Shown here piece by piece: positions 21,079 through 21,138 of a DNA stretch of 21,138 nt. This DNA comes from a virus. A program made the position numbers and the translations under genes. Positions within the stretch are counted from its first letter, which is position 1. The number at the start of each line of letters is the position of its first letter. The notes under the pieces are model-generated. The model ran no database searches, was not told the origin of the DNA, and saw nothing but the letters and a program-made list of their open reading frames with translations. The stretch lies in the UHGV virus genome UHGV-0785298, one strand, 5' to 3'.

Positions 21079-21138
21079 CTTTCCATCTTTCCACCCGGCG
21101 GAGACGTCGGGTCTGGTCGGCGTCTCTCAAGGCACACA
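21075..21138 (-). CDS. 3' end of an upstream gene (partial, unknown function)
   Basis: The frame one nucleotide offset from the polymerase frame is open from the window edge and reads ...VCLERRRPDPTSPPGGKMER-stop, with the TGA sharing nucleotides with the polymerase ATG (ATGA). Only 20 codons are visible. Confidence 0.35.
   Translation of the reverse strand, partial: VCLERRRPDPTSPPGGKMER

Noticed and set aside
1-21138. tRNA, rRNA, CRISPR arrays, integrase/transposase, inverted terminal repeats
   Set aside because: No cloverleaf-like or rRNA-like segments, no regularly spaced direct repeats, and no recombinase motifs were seen in any frame.

Overview
The window is an all-minus-strand block from a T4-related lytic phage genome. 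Every credible gene runs right-to-left and many are translationally coupled by ATGA-type stop/start overlaps. Recognisable core genes are a family-B DNA polymerase (T4 gp43-like, 18460..21078), rIIA (6429..9185), rIIB (4832..6397) and the N-terminal part of the topoisomerase II large subunit (T4 gp39-like, 1..710, running off the window and absent from the ORF track). Between the polymerase and rIIA lies a ~9 kb accessory island of about 17 genes: a lipoprotein, a HAD-type 5'-deoxyribonucleotidase-like protein, a GIY-YIG/P-loop fusion protein, small membrane proteins, a Trp/Cys-rich 411-aa protein, and a TPM-like membrane protein plus LemA pair. Between rIIB and the topoisomerase are an Ig-like-domain protein and a MazG-like pyrophosphohydrolase. 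Intergenic gaps carry GC-rich stem-loops that fall into two sequence families with compensatory stem changes. No tRNA, rRNA, CRISPR array, transposase or integrase was seen. The most notable observations are a polymerase whose Exo I DxE motif is replaced by S-N-N while Exo II/III and the polymerase motifs are intact, the GIY-YIG/P-loop fusion, and a bacterial-type LemA/TPM membrane module inside a phage. All calls rest on reading the translated ORFs and the DNA by eye; no database search or alignment tool was run.
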